Origin: Amphiscolops sp. MND2022
Lineage: Eukaryota
Reading direction: 5' to 3'
Length of the DNA: 64,000 nt
NCBI GenBank assembly: GCA_964187785.1
Contig: OZ076410.1
Coordinates: 76,384,001-76,448,000 of the forward strand
The translations under genes and the position numbers were made by a program. Positions 1 to 14,399 of the stretch are shown one piece after another; the first letter of the stretch is position 1; every line of letters starts with the position of its first letter. A model generated the notes under the pieces. The model saw only the letters and a program-made list of their open reading frames with translations, had not been told where the DNA came from and searched no databases.

Positions 1-1
1 A

Positions 2-620
2 CATGCTCGGACAATTCCTCTTGAAGGTAAATCAGGTAAAAGTACAACACAAACATTCAAGAAACTCATAGAAACTAGTAGAAGACCACTGAAGGTGTGG
101 TCGAATAGAGGTAAAAAAAGTTTATAATTAAACACTTTTGGATGTTTCAAAAGAACAAAGCAGTCAAATTTATTCAACTCACTCAGATTTGAAAGCTGTT
201 TTTGTTCGAAAGAACCAAAGGTCCAATGTATATCGAAGGAACAGATAATTGGATGAGCCATCGCGAACCAGCCCTCAAAGTGTATAACAATAGAATAGAA
301 AACACCCAACAATGAAGTTGAAGCCAACTGAAAAATTTAATGAACAAAATCCCAACCTAGAATATCACACACAAAATGGAAAAGCACGCTTACAAGTGGG
401 ACACTACCTGGGAGTTCCTGATAAGAATATTTATTCAGAAGGTTACACAAACAAAACTTTCCGGAACAAAAAAAGGGACAGCTCAACCTATCACATATAC
501 TTGAAGCTAGAGAACAAATAGCGTTAAATTATTATGAGCTAGAACATTTGAAATCTCTGTTTGATTCTGAATCTAACAACAAAACCTTAGAATGTATGAA
601 CATTTTTCAAAAACTAGAAT
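2..620 (+). pseudogene. Polinton-type retroviral-like (rve/c-integrase) integrase remnant
   Basis: Manual translation gives HARTIPLEGKSGKSTTQTFKKLIETSRRPLKVWSNRG (the SDRG-type catalytic Asp reads Asn), IYSTHSDLKAVFV, PMYIEG..W..H..ALKVYNNR and the C-terminal QVGHYLGVPDKNIYSEGYT...YYELELLKSLF. The 3' half is repeated at 4213-4436. Confidence 0.85.
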
Positions 621-769
621 AAAACTTGAAAGAACTTTTTCTAATAAACGGATCTCGCTTTTTTTCCAGGAATTGAATTAGAAAAACTTCTGCTACAAAT
701 AGCTAAAAATTTACAACAAGTCATTTTAATACTAATGCAAAACCTTAAGAAACTTTAGATTACAAATAA

Positions 770-1080
770 AATAATCTGGTAAAATATTTTCATTTGATAA
801 TCCTCTCGAACTAGAAGGAAAATGGCAAATGGGAGTTACAAGTTTATAAGTATATAAGACCACCGTTTATGATATATCCAACATCAACAATACCCTTCAA
901 ATACAACTAGACAACGTTCAAATAAAGTATTCCGAGTTATACTCTCAACTAGTATCAACAATTGAATACCTAACAAAAACACATAGTTTGAATGATGTTA
1001 ATGATTTAGAAAAAGTTGAACAGTTAAATCAATATGAAAAAATGGGCATAGCTGGAAGACATAGACATATTCATGAAATT
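770..1080 (+). pseudogene. Polinton minor capsid (penton)-like N-terminal remnant; second copy about 4590-4900
   Basis: KIFSFDNPLELEGKWQMGVTSL*VYKTTVYDISNINNTLQI matches the F-x-x-P-L-x-L-x-G-x-W-x-x-G-x-x-x-L-x-V-Y pattern typical of Polinton minor capsid N-termini. Confidence 0.65.
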
Positions 1081-1117
1081 GTTTGAAAATTTATCAAAAA
1101 TTTTTAATTCCAATTAA

Positions 1118-1690
1118 ATGACAGCTGTTTTCTTTGATTTGAAATATATTTATAATTCTATCCAGCATATTTTAATGAGTGTTTTTTTCGAATTAATACA
1201 TCCCAGTATAGCAACCCTGACTGTAGCCAACTCTCAAATTCCAAGTTCAATTGCAAGAGAAGTTCCTTATATCAACCAACAAAGGTCTTGTTTAAATGTT
1301 GAATTCGAAGTTCTGAAAACTGACAACACAAGATATGCCGATAATGATGATATACAACTTGTTAAAATAGGCCCAGTTGCTTTTTTAAGAGAAACTTGAC
1401 TAACAACATCAACAGGTAAACATTTAGAAAAAGTAAATGGTTTACATACACTATTTTATTTAAAAAGCTTCCCTACATTTTCTTCAAAAAACACAAAACC
1501 AAAACTTAAAAACTATCTTCTTTATGTTTTTGCTTTAACCTATCAGAAAGATCATACTATTGCACAACCGTCGAACGTAGAATTTGTTTTCAACGGAAAT
1601 ATTAACACAGCTCAGTATACAGCATTGGCTCAACTTCTAACCCCACGTGTGAGATCAAAACCATCTGATGGTAAAAAAAGTTGATCTTGT
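1118..1690 (+). pseudogene. Polinton major capsid protein remnant with large internal deletion; second copy about 4932-5500
   Basis: N-terminal block (NSQIPSSIAREVPYINQQRSCLNVEFEVLKTDNTRYADNDDIQLVKIGPVAFLRET*LTTSTGKHLEKV) is joined almost directly to a C-terminal block (YLLYVFALTYQKDHTIAQPSNVEFVF...TALAQLLTPRVRSKPSDG). Both blocks are homologous to the ends of the longer copy at 14826-16020. Confidence 0.8.
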
Positions 1691-1889
1691 ATAACTTGAA
1701 ATACACGTAGATATTCATAAATAGATCACATCATGATTATGCTTATTAAATCTTGAAATAAAATTTTATATTTTATTTTTTGCTACTTTTAAAAAATGAG
1801 TAGTTTTAAAATTTTTGAAAAGATTTCATATCGTCTTTGTGGGAGATATTACTCCCCCAAAACAAACATCGAAGGCGATCTATCTTTCA

Positions 1890-2990
1890 ATCAAATTACT
1901 AGTTCGAACTTCTGAAATGTGTAGAAGAAAAAATCAAACAAATTCAGACCTTTAAAATTGCAGCAAATATTGGAACTGCAGCAGCAAGTAAAATTCGAAA
2001 ACTTATTCGCAACTGCTCCTGATATTATACAATTTTTTAATGAATACATTGTCAAACATACACATATTACAAAATATCTGAGTTCAAAGACGTGAAAAAA
2101 AATTTGAAAAACAGAAACAACATAAACAACAGGAACTGAAAAAAAACTAAAGTAACAAAACAATATTTCGATGAAGATATGATAGAAGTTTTTCGACCAG
2201 TTACAAAACAGAACAAGCTGGATAATTAAAAACAGTTGGAAGCTATTATGAACCAAACTGCTGCTTCAGAAAATCAAACCATGTGTGTCTCTCAAAATAT
2301 TTAAAACCAAACTCAAAAAATAACTAATTCTAACAAAAACTTACTGAAAGAAGTACTTAAAGAATTTACCAAAACACTAACCGAAGAGTCCAAAAGCAAT
2401 AACAATAAGTTAAAGATTTAGTTAAATCTATAAACGTCAACCCACAGATTATTTCTGTTTTGTCGAACTGAATTACAGGTATATAAATATGTCAATTTAG
2501 TGTGATTTACCTAGTTTTTAAACAAATTACAATTAATCTTTTGAAACAAGTACCTATCAGTTTTTGTAGTTCAAAAATGATTTTCACAAATGGGAAAGAA
2601 TATGATCTAACAACTTCAGAACTAGCATGCCTTGTTACAGATACAATTAAACAAACACAATACAATAAGAAATGGGATTTAAGTTATTTTTTCTTTTAAG
2701 ATTTTAAATATGCTCTTGAAAACGATTTAACATCAGCCAGAAGAAAAGTAATATAAGATCTTTTTACTACCTATGAACTCAGAAAACTACAACAGCAACT
2801 AAGAAGTGGTATCTCAGAAATGACTCAACTCAACTCATCATCAGCTTTTTTCCAACAAATCGAAATGAACGTGTTGATAAACTACGCCTTTTGATACAGG
2901 AACGAAATGGTGGGAATAAAATATTCTTGGCTTCAGTTGATTATCTATTGAAGGAATAATATAAATGCTGAACATAACTCAACAACAAGA
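1890..2990 (+). pseudogene. Polinton-associated unknown ORF remnant (coiled-coil N-part; C-terminal DKLRLLIQERNGGN motif); second copy about 5710-6810
   Basis: Frameshifted pieces ...KQYFDEDMIEVFRPVTKQ... and RNERVDKLRLLIQERNGGNK (about 2860-2925), located between the capsid and ATPase genes. Confidence 0.5.
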
Positions 2991-3099
2991 CTAAATTTAT
3001 AATTAAACTTTTGTTCATCAAAGTATATAAAAAAATAAAACTCATGAGTTTGTCTTGAAGGGTTGGGTTTCGAGTATGATTACTTTGTATGCGTCACAC

Positions 3100-3600
3100 G
3101 GTTCATTTTGTACTGTAAATCGACCATCGTTTAACCTTTCCGCCGATCAATTTTTGAACATTCAAAATCATCTTTCAATGCTTCACTGCATAATTTTTCA
3201 AAATCATCAAAAGGCATATCAATACCAGCTATGTCATAATAATGGTAATCTACATCCTTCAACGTTTGTTTGAAGGAAATGATAATATTAGAATTTTTCC
3301 TTACACTTCTTTTAAGGATAACGAAATTTGATTGAAAACAAAACACTCAACCCTGCATGCCTTCCTTTTTGAAAGAAGGATGTATTTTTATTCTAGCATC
3401 TTTATCATCAATAACGACACAACAATAATTCAATTCATCAACTCTTCAAGAATCTTCTACCAATTCAAAATCTTCTTTGTCTTCGTATTGTTAACTACTT
3501 CTCGTTACTACTTTTATACTCATATCCCCATTCATAAGTTGTATTACCTTGGGCTACGTAAATAAGAAAAAGGTTCTTCCACACCCACTGGGACAAACTG
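3100..3600 (-). pseudogene. A32/FtsK-like genome-packaging ATPase remnant; second copy about 6920-7420
   Basis: Degenerate Walker A VCPSGCGRT (revcomp of about 3572-3600), a VVIDD Walker-B-like segment, and the C-terminal QSNF...RSVRKNSNIIISFKQTLKDV...DIAGIDMPFDDFEKLC typical of Polinton ATPases. Confidence 0.8.
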
Positions 3601-6600
3601 TTAAAATTCTCTGTTACATTCATTTACATCATTCAAAACATGCATTTTCAAACTCTTCAATTCATTTATATTTAAATCATTCAAATCAATTCTAATTATT
3701 ATTTTTCAATTTTTGAGAACAGATGTTTAAGTTGTTTTTGAGGTTTGTTTGTTTATTTAAGTTCCCACACTTTTGGCAATCATTCTTACCATTATAACGT
3801 GCTATACACTTTGTGTATAATTTACCAGTATGAGAATAGGTATAAAATGTATGTTTTGGTAAATCTTTAAACAAATCATGCCCAACTTAACATCCATTCA
3901 TGAATAAAAATTTATCATGAACTTTGAAAATTGAGTACATCTATGTGTAAATTCAACGTTTCGAATTCATGCATGATACTGTCTCAATTCATTTGCTGCA
4001 CTTTTCGTTCAGTAAAATTATCATTTTCCTTCCAGAAAAGGTTTTTAAATTCCTCTCTAAGTTGTGGTGATATTAAAAGTTGTTGCGTCGTTTCAACACA
4101 GTTGTCTACTTTAGCTTCATTTACTTTGATTTCCTTTGCTTCCTATATCAACATAAAAACAATATATAAAAGAGTTATTTCAATTGTCTGATCAGACATC
4201 TCCTCCAAAAAATGGGACACTACCTGGGAGTTCCTGATAAGAATATTTATTCAGAAGGTTACACAAACAAAACTTTCCGGAAAAAAAAGGGACAGCTCAA
4301 TTTATCACATATACTTGAAGCTAGAGAACAAATAGAGTTAAATTATTATGAGCTAGAACTTTTGAAATCTCTGTTTGATTCTGAATCTAACAACAAAACC
4401 TTAGAATGTATGAACATTTTTCAAAAACTAGAATAAAACTTGAAAGAACTTTTTCTAATAAACGGATCTCGCTTTTTTTCCAGGAATTGAATTAGAAAAA
4501 CTTCTGCTACAAATAGCTAAAAATTTACAACAAGTCATTTTAATACTAATGCAAAACCTTAAGAAACTTTAGATTACAAATAAAATAATCTGGTAAAATA
4601 TTTTCATTTGATAATCCTCTCGAACTAGAAGGAAAATGGCAAATGGGAGTTACAAGTTTATAAGTATATAAGACCACCGCTTATGATATATCCAACATCA
4701 ACAATACCCTTCAAATACAACTAGACAACGTTCAAATAAAATATTCCGAGTTATACTCTCAACTAGTATCAACAATTGAATACCTAACAAAAACACATAA
4801 TTTGAATGATGTTAATGATTTAGAAAAAGTTGAACAGTTAAATCAATATGAAAAAATGGGCATAGCTGGAAGACATAGACATATTCATGAAATTTTTTGA
4901 AAATTTTTCAAAAATTTTTAATTCCAATTAAATGACAGCTGTTTTCTTTGATTTGAAATATATTTATAATTCTATCCAGCATATTTTAACAAGTGTTTTT
5001 TTTCGAATTAATACATCCCAGTATAGCAACCCTGACTGTAGCCAACTCTCAAATTCCAAGTTCAATTGCAAGAGAAGTTCCTTATATCAACCAACAAAGG
5101 TCTTGTTTAAATGTTGAATTCGAAGTTCTGAAAACCGACAACACAAGATATGCCGATGATGATGATATACAACTTGTTAAAATAGGCCCAGTTGCTTTTT
5201 TAAGAGAAACTTGACTAACAACATCAACAGGTAAACATTTAGAAAAAGTAAATGGTTTACATACACTATTTTATTTAAAAAGCTTCCCTACATTTTCTTC
5301 AAAAAACACAAAACCAAAACTTAAAAACTATCTTCTTTATGTTTTTGCTTTAACCTATCAGAAAGATCATACTATTGCACAACCGTTAAACGTAGAATTT
5401 GTGTTCAACGGAAATATTAACACAGCTCAGTATACAGCATTGGCTCAACTTCTAAGCCCACGTGTGAGATCAAAACCATCTGATGGTCAGAAAAAAGTTG
5501 ATCTTGTATAACTTGAAATACACGTAGAAATTCATAAATAGATCACATCATGATTATGCTTATTAAATCTTGAAATAAAATTTTATATATTTTATTTTTT
5601 GCTACTTTTAAAAAATGAGTAGTTTTAAAATTTTTGAAAAGATTTCATATCGTCTTTGTGGGAGATATTACTCCCCCAAAACAAACATCGAAGGCGATCT
5701 ATCTTTCAATCAAATTACTAGTTCGAACTTCTGAAATGTGTAGAAGAAAAAATCAAACAAATTCAGAGCTTTAAAATTGCAGCAAATATTGGAACTGCAG
5801 CAGCAAGTAAAATTCGAAAACTTATTCGCAACTGCTCCTGATATTATACAATTTTTTATTGAATACATTGTCAAACATACACATATTACAAAATATCTGA
5901 GTTCAAAGACGTGAAAAAAATAGTTGAAAAACAGAAACAACATAAACAACAGGAACTGAAAAAAACTAAAGTAACAAAACAATATTTCGATGAAGATATG
6001 ATAGAAATTTTTTCGACCAGTTACAAAACAGAACAAGCTGGATAATTAAAAACAGTTGGAAGCTATTATGAACCAAACTGCTGCTTCAGAAAATCAAACC
6101 ATGTGTGTCTCTCAAAATATTTAAAACCAAACTCAAAAAATAACTAATTCTAACAAAAACTTACTGAAAGAAGTACCTAAAGAATTTACAAAAACACTAA
6201 CCGAAGAGTCCAAAAGCAATAACAATAAGTTAAAGATTTAGTTAAATCTAAAAACGTCAACCCACAGATTATTTCTGTTTTGTCGAACTGAATTACAGGT
6301 ATATAAATATGTCAATTTAGTGTGATTTACCTAGTTTTTAAACAAATTACAATTAATCTTTTGAAGCAAGTACCTATCAGTTTTTGTAGTTCAAAAATGA
6401 TTTTCACAAATGGGATAGAATATGATCTAACAAATTCAGAACTAGCATGCCTTGTTACAGATACAATTAAACAAACACAATACATTAAGAAATGGAATTT
6501 AAGTTATTATTTCTTTTAAGATTTTAAATATGCTCTTGAAAAGGATTTAACATCAGCCAGAAGAAAAGTAAAATAGGATCTTTTTACTACCTATGAACTC

Positions 6601-8049
6601 AGAAAACTACAACAGCAACTAAGAAGTGGTATCTCAGAAATGACTCAACTCAACTCATTATCAGCTTTCTTCCAACAAATCGAAATGAACGTGTTGATAA
6701 ACTACACCTTTTGATACAGGAACGAAATGGTGGGAATAAAATATTCTTGGCTTCAGTTGATTATCTATTGAAGGAATAATATAAATGCTGAACATAACTC
6801 AACAACAAGACTAATTTTATAATTAAACTTTTGTTCATCAAAGTATATAAAAAAATAAAACTCATGAGTTTGTCTTAAAGGGTTGGGTTTCGAGTATGAT
6901 TACTTTGTATGCGTCACACGGTTCATTTTGTACTGTATATCGACCATCGTTTAACCTTTCCGCCGATCAATTTTTGAACATTCAAAATCATCTTTCAATG
7001 CTTCACTGCATAATTTTTCAAAATCATCAAAAGGCATTTCAATACCAGCTATGTCATAACAATGGTAATCTACATCCTTCAACGTTTGTTTGAAGGAAAT
7101 GATAATATTAGAATTTTTCCTTACACTTCTTTTAAGGATAACGAAATTTGATTGAAAACAAAACACTCAACCCTGCATGCCTTCCTTTTTGAAAGACGGA
7201 TGTATTTTTATTCTAGAATCTTTATCATCAATAACGACACAACAATAATTCAATTCATCAACTCTTCAAGAATCTTCTATCAATTCAAAATCTTCTTTGT
7301 CTTCGTATTGTTAACTACTTCTCGTTACTACTTTTATACTCATATCCCCATTCATAAGTTGTATTACCTTGGGCTACGTAAATAAGAAAAAGGTTCTTCC
7401 ACACCCACTGGGACAAACTGTTAAAATTCTCTGTTACATTCATTTACATCATTCGAAACATGCATTTTCAAACTCTTCAATTCATTTATCTTTAAATCAT
7501 TCAAATCAATTCTAATTATTATTTTTAAATTTTTGAGAACAGATGTTTAAGTTGTTTTTGAGGTTTGTTTGTTTATTTAAGTTCCCACACTTTTGGCAAT
7601 CATTCTTACCATTATAACGTGCTATACACTTTGTGTATAATTTACCAGTATGAGAATAGGTATAAAATGTATCTTTTGGTAAATCTTTAAACAAATCATG
7701 CCCAACTTAACATCCATTCATGAATAAAAATTCATCATGAACTTTGAAAAATGAGTACATCTATGTGTAAATTCAACGTTTCGAATTCATGCATGATACT
7801 GTCTCAATTCATTTGCTGCACTTTTCGTTCAGTAAATTTATCATTTTCCTTCCAGAAAAGGTTTTTAAATTCCTCTCTAAGTTGTGGTGATATTAAAAGT
7901 TGTTGCATCGTTTCAACACTGTTGTCTACTTTAGCTTCATTTACTTTGATTTCCTTTGCTTCCTACATCAACATTAAAACAATATATAAAAGAGCTATTT
8001 CAATTGTCTGATCAGACATCTCCTCCAAAAAATGTTTTATTCACTGTTT

Positions 8050-8990
8050 TCATTACCAGTAAACTATAACTTTCATAAGATACATAACTTTCTGGACTTC
8101 ATTTATTTTTGATGGTTGATCCGTAAATTATGTTATACTTTCATACTTTCCACTGGGGACTTTTTACTGATTTGAACTTGTATCGAACTCAATTATTTCA
8201 TATTCCAATTGTTTCCTGTGTTGGGGGAACTCAAAATCAACTTTTCGACTATATGTTTGTATATTATATTCGAAGAAACTATCTGGATAGATATATGTTA
8301 TATATTGTTGTAATTATATCTCATAACTGGGACAACATCCTTAGCATAATAAGCAAAGTATGTAACCTAAATCTCATAATCTCTTCTAAATCTAAATGGG
8401 TCGTCAATTTTTGATTTTAGTTCTTTAAAGGCTCGTGCATCATCTAGCAGGACAGATTTATTTTTTGGTGAATCAACTTAAAATTTACTTCACCTTAAAA
8501 GAATTACATTATTGGACTTCCGTGGCCATCAGAGGGAAGAAAATCTAAATTTGTTCTTTGTCTAACACTTTCCATAGTCTTACCAATGAAAGCATTGTTC
8601 AATAAGTTGTATATGCCTTTTTCAAAATATGGTTCTGCTTTGATTCTCTTTCGGGTGTTATGATCAATGTATTTTGCTAACCATTGTGATTTTTTGTGTC
8701 TGTAGGGTGTTTGTATACTTGATAATTTCTTCACCCTGCTGGTTCAAAACATGAACATCCTGTAACGCACCATAAACTTATATTTATTGTTATGATAACA
8801 TATTAACTTAGTTGTTGGTTTGTAATTCTCAGGTTGAAAAGTGCTCAAGATATTTGTAGAGTTATCAGTGTTGCAAAATGTTTGTTAAGGACAAATGGGG
8901 AAGTTTTGAGTTTTTTCCATGCTTTCATGGAATAGTTTCATTGAAATAGTTTAGTAGTTTAGTAGTTGGGAACAACTATTTACATTGATG
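8050..8990 (-). pseudogene. Protein-primed family B DNA polymerase (pPolB) C-terminal remnant
   Basis: KKSQWLAKYIDHNTRKR...FEKGIYNLLNNAFIGKTMESVRQR is a motif B region (KxxxNxxYG) with both K and Y substituted. An upstream NFPICP...NYKPTTKLIC segment and a degenerate YIYPDSFF (DTDS-like) segment are also present. Confidence 0.8.
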
Positions 8991-9886
8991 TCAAAAATTG
9001 TTTAAAACTTTTCTTTTGATTATTTTGAACCTTTTCAAAAATATCATACATATCCACAAATCGTTTCTACTGTTTCAACTTTGTTCTTGTCTTTCAACCT
9101 CTTTGAATACAACAATCGGAATGCGTGTGATGTTTCCTGAATGCGTGTATTTTTCCTTATACAATTTTGTTCTTTGTCATTCAATTTTGACGAGAATTTT
9201 GACCTGCATCTGCAACAATTAATTCAACTATGATACCTACACCCGTACTGGGCAATGAAACAGATGTTGAAGTTTTTCCTTTTTTTATTAAACCATCCGT
9301 TTTATCGGGTAGCTTTTTTATCAATTTAAAATTTCTTATGTTAGTTTTGATATTTTTTCGAATTCGTAGTATTTCATCATCATCAATATACTTGAATAGA
9401 AATATTAAAACTAGTTACTTTTGCTAATTGCCTATTTATCAATGATTCCATTTCAACATTTAAATAAAGAAGGGGCAGACGGTTAAAACTTTTGCTCCAT
9501 AGTAACAATGAATCATTAGTTTGTCTATGTCTATTCAAAGAGTGAGATGTTTTTCTTCTGTTAGTTTCATTTTGTGTCTGATATCAACTATGTCAATATC
9601 AAAATTGTTTCTCAACGATTTTAAAAGCATTTGTCCTAATCAGACAAAGAATAGGCACCATCTGAAGTAGGATTTGTTTTTTCATACTTCTTCAAAAAAT
9701 GCGTTTCATTAAAATTTAGGTACTTTTCAAACGCTTGATCTTCGTTGCTAAAAGAATCCAAAAAAGGCTTTGTCATAAAATAGTTAAATTATAATTTTAG
9801 TTACAGTATTTTTATTCTAGTCTAAACTAGTAGGGATTTTATACAGTTCATCTTCATCTAAAATCATTCCAGCTTGAGATGCAGTA

Positions 9887-10118
9887 GACTTGCTCTATAG
9901 GCTTTGTTTCGTTAATAATTCAAAACACCTCTCGCTGATTGGGTTTGATAGTTCAAATATTAAAACCGTTCTTTGTTCAGTAAGCGGTTTTTTCATTGTT
10001 GACTTGCTCTATAGGCTTTGTTTTCGTTAATAATTCAAAACACCTCTCGCTGATTGGGTTTGATAGTTCAAATATTAAAACCGTTCTTTGTTCAGTAAGC
10101 GGTTTTTTCATTGTTGAC
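9887..10118 (+). repeat. Tandem duplication of 114-115 bp
   Basis: gacttgctctataggctttg...cattgtt is repeated at 9887 and 10001, with a GAC microhomology at the ends. Confidence 0.95.
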
Positions 10119-11149
10119 AATTGTATTTAAACATATTAAATTTCTTGTGTGTATAATTTTTCTGCTTTTATTTTCTTTTCTATTACCTTTTCTTGATTTT
10201 TTATATTTTTTTTATTTCAGTTTTTGTTTAATTTGGAATGGGTTATTTCAGACAATTTTTCTTGATTTTTTGTCATCTTGTTTAGATTCTGACATTCCTT
10301 CAATTTTAGTTGTTCACCAGAATAACCATGTTTATGAAGCGACATTTATCAGAAAAAGTTTGTCCTCTTTGATTATCTACAATTTTTGTGTCTGATGTTT
10401 TCTATAAAAGAATTGTTCGTTGAGATATTGATCAAATTATTTTTTCCCATTGATTGAATGAAATTAGGAATCACAACTTTCCATATATGGATTTTTCAGA
10501 TATTGAAGTGTCCACTGTACAAAAATGAACGCTCTTTATGCTGTATCAGGCAATACTGAACTATGTCAGTCTGTTATAGGAAAGTAATAGACATCTATTC
10601 TAATAAACAACACTGTCAGGTTTCGGAAAATAGTAGACATCTCTGTCTGGTATCGGAAAAAACCAAACGCCTCGTTCTGGTACACTGTCAAGTCTTTTTT
10701 CTTTGATGTGAATTTAACTTTTGTCGTGTTATCACTTGAATACTCATATATGGTTGAAACATTATATGGTTGTTGATATTGTGTTATAATAATACTGCCA
10801 TAGTGGTCACTGATATTTTCTTTGACGAAATTTTTCATTGAAAAAACTCGTTCAAGAATATACTTCATTGATCTTCATGTTGTTATTTTTTGGAAGTGGA
10901 AAATACAGCCTTGTGGAAGATTCTTGTCGTCTCTTTTCAACATTGCATTTTCATTTCAATTTGGTGGTACCAGTTAAAGCCTGATTAGTTTTGAAGTTTT
11001 AATTAACAAAACCTTAACAAAATCGTCTTCACTGTAATGTTCTGCATTTTGTCTCTTATGAAATGGATTCAAATTCACATCCATAAAAAGGCGGACTCGG
11101 TAATAAAAAAAGTCCTGCTTTGAATATACGAAAAAGAAAGCGGATACTG

Positions 11150-11400
11150 AAAACCTACCTGGAAGCCAGGCAAATAAGCGCCAAGAGAAACTGGGCGCCC
11201 TCCAAAGTCGACGGAAAAACCCAGCCCTAATTTTCGGAGGCTTGCAGTTATGTGTCCAAAGCTGACCTCTAAACAGCTGAAAGCAAACTGGAGTGGTGGC
11301 CGCAAAAACACTGATTTGAAATTAGAAGAAGTTGATGCAAAAATGGTTTATTTGTGAGAAAAACGGCAAAAAACATTTCTAAGCATTGATTCAAAAATCA
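11150..11400 (+). mobile_element. Possible Tc1/mariner transposase N-terminal (HTH) fragment
   Basis: ETGRPPKSTEKPSPNFRRLAVMCPKLTSKQLKANW resembles the GRP-K-T...P-LT---L segment of Tc1 transposases. No DDE domain or TIR found. Confidence 0.35.
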
Positions 11401-12251
11401 AACGTCAAGAATTCTTCACAGGGGTTTAGATAATGTTTAATAAGTTACCCTTGCAAAACGCCTTTTTTCATGTGTCTCTGGCCTTGAACGGGATTCCACA
11501 TACTACTCATATACCATTGCAGGCCTTTTAACGGAACATTGACATGATGTCTTCAAATTAAAAGAACGTCGATATTCAGATTGGGTCAAAGTGGACTTAG
11601 CAGTCATCAGAGAACGAGGCGTGGAAGTTTCGGCGCAGTCCGGGGCCAGCGTGGCAAAAAACTTGATTTTTTGGACTTGATTAGGTTAGGAGATCCAAAA
11701 ATTTCCAGGTTCATTCAAACAAACAGCTTTAGTGCATATAGTGGTTTGATGAATACGAGTAGGCGTACGGTAATACGCGCGAACTGGGAACGATTTTCAA
11801 ATCTCATTTGTTGATCATGTGTTACTTCTCATTGGTTTTGACTGCCGTGATAACAGACACAAATCAAGTATTTGAAATGACGGAACATCTAGAATCATTT
11901 TGCATTAAAACCAAATTGAACAATCAAAATCTCAAAATTGGATCAACAATTCAAAAAATTGTTTTTTTTTGGAAACAATTGACACTATCATACTGATATA
12001 ATTCTGTTTTTAAAATGTTTTTAGAACAGTCAAAATTTCGAAAAACCGCTCACAGATATCTGATTAAACAAAATGCCCAAAAAACACTTTGTTAAAAAAC
12101 GTAGTTGTCTTTGAACACTGCAGTGATAGACGTGTAAATTATTTTGCGCATACAATTCGTTTTTAGTAGGCGCTTCTATGTAAAAAAGCGCGACTATTAC
12201 ACTCACTTTTTTGTTTCTTATTCAACCTAACGAGTACCTGGGAAATCATCT

Positions 12252-13150
12252 AAGAAGAAGAAGAAGAAATTTAATTTATTGAACGACAAATAGATATCTG
12301 CTTTGATAAATCTTACTTAATAAATGCAAGTTTAACATCCAATAAGGACGCAAAATGAGCACAACCGGTATTCTAGTTTGCGCCCTACCAACTAAAATAC
12401 AATTGAAAGCACCATACTTGGTAAGTGAAGACTACCTTGCACAGTTATTGAATAGACCTAAGAGTAGAACATCGAAAAAAGTTCTCTTTTATCAACAACA
12501 TAATTGGCGCTTAGTTTTGAGATGAGCTTCTCGACTTGGAACTGTGATATTTCCCTCAAAGTTGATGGTAATTAATTCAATTCTGTTAACCAATTGTACG
12601 CTTTCTTAAGTGAATATGACAAAGATTTTCGCGATGCAACAATGCGGTTTTAGGTAAGTGGGAAAAGTCTCTTCGAAGCCCTGCGAATTCTCATACATTG
12701 TTCAGAAGGTTCATTTGGCTGTAGCAAACGCATCGGGAGGTCTCCACGAAGTTCTTTGAAAATTTTTTTCAACACTTCAACTATGTAGAGTTCAAAAACA
12801 GATTATTGACCTCTAATATATCAGATAGTGTTTCAATTTTTCCGGAAAAGAATGGCTCTGATTATTTTTAGCTGTGCGTTTTCAATTTTCTATACCACAA
12901 GACCATACCTGATTCTAGATTGAGCAAACGATTTATAGAACATCAACAGAAATTTTCTCGGGTATAGTGATCGGATTCTATAAATTAGGCCGCAAAACTG
13001 ACTGAAATTTTTTGTGACGTAATCAATGTGCTCTCTAAATCTGAAGTTTTTATCAAAAGGTACACCTAGAAGTTTAACCGACTAGTTTTTTTAAGGGATG
13101 ATAGTTTTGTCAAGGAGTATGTTGGATGGTTTTCCACACCAAAAAACATT
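12252..13150 (-). mobile_element. 5'-truncated, decayed LINE (RT thumb/C-terminal region, CR1/L2-like 3' end)
   Basis: VKLLGVPFDKNFRFREHIDYVTKNFSQFCGLIYRIRSLYPRKFLLMFYKSFAQSRIRYGLVVY. The minus-strand 3' end has AATAAA followed by a (TTC)n tail at 12252-12270. Confidence 0.75.
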
Positions 13151-14399
13151 GTTTCACGTTTATCTATACTAATGGTTATTTTGTTATATTCAAGCATCTA
13201 AGTTATTGCATAGGGGTCCATTTCACTTCTCCTCCAATTTTAACGTATCATAAAACCGGACAAGACTAAATGGTTCCGATTTTGTTTCTGCAGCATGTTT
13301 TTCAAAAGTTTTTTATTGTCTTCAAAGGTTTTCCGCATTCTATATTTTGCAACAAAACGGCTGCAATAATTCCAAAGTACGTTTTTGAGACTATGAGGCT
13401 AATCAAAAATTTAATTTTTCGTCTGATATTAAGTTTTCTCAATATATGTCCTGCAAAATATTTTTAGTACTATCCGAACATGTGAGGTTATATCCGAAGT
13501 ACGTTGAATTTCACTAATGGGCGATGAAAGGTCCAAACTGTTGCGCTATGTCCGAACTATATATCGTGCTACTGAGGAGGAGGCCGAGGTTCAAAAACAA
13601 GGGCCACCACTTGTCCCAGCACACTGTTTTCGAACCTTTGACGTTATATCCGAGGTAAAGTACGCTTCACGATAGAGAAGTAGTATACAAATCTTCGATG
13701 CGGAGCCAGGCTAATCAAGACTGAACACACTTCTCATGAAAATAGTCTAAAATAGAGGCATTGTCAGCGGAAGAAAAAACCTATCAGACTTAGAAGTTTC
13801 AGTGAACAAAAATTTCACAGAGGAAAAAAATTGTCACAAAAGGAAAAATCACTATCCCAAAGTCAGAATGAATATCTACCGTATGCGTCCAAGTGAAAAC
13901 ACACGTGTTGAACAACATTCAATTTTGAACATTTCAAAAAATTGGTTAAAGAAAAAATATTTTGCGTAATGAACAGTTGAGAAATAATAGTTGAAGAAAC
14001 AACACTGTGAGTGGTCCACTCTTGGAAAATTAAGGGCACTGAAAACTATTGTGTGTGCGTGAAAGTAACAAAAACAACAAAAATGAACATAAATTTGTTT
14101 CTTTTGACATGTTGGTTACAGCAATAATTAAAGTTATAGCCTGGCCGGAGTGTTCGGGATTCACTGCTAACTATTAGATGAATTTACCGCTTTACGATCA
14201 AAATCGTACTCCTTCTGTTTTTCTAAAGTTCCAAAATGAAAACAAAAAGCCCCTGAAAGTAAAAGTTACATAAATTCATTGTTTATGTCCAAAACAACCA
14301 GTGCAAGAATTTCCTTCCAACTTGCATCAATTAACATTAGAAAAACGAAACAAACTAGTTTTGAATTCGACAAACGTACGTATAACAACCTGAAAAAAA

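Larger units (their letters stand above)
397..8034 (+). repeat. Direct tandem duplication, unit about 3.82 kb (397-4212 / 4213-8034)
   Basis: Paired ORFs offset by 3814-3820 bp. Junction ...ctccaaaaaaTG|ggacactacc shares a 2-bp TG microhomology. Copies differ by scattered substitutions and 1-bp indels. Confidence 0.97.
1..11080. mobile_element. Decayed Polinton/Maverick (adintovirus-like) element, fossil 1; left end outside the window, internal 3.8-kb duplication
   Basis: Co-located degenerate integrase, minor-capsid-like, major capsid, A32-like ATPase and protein-primed PolB fragments (listed separately). All have stops or frameshifts. No TIR or TSD recognised. Confidence 0.9.
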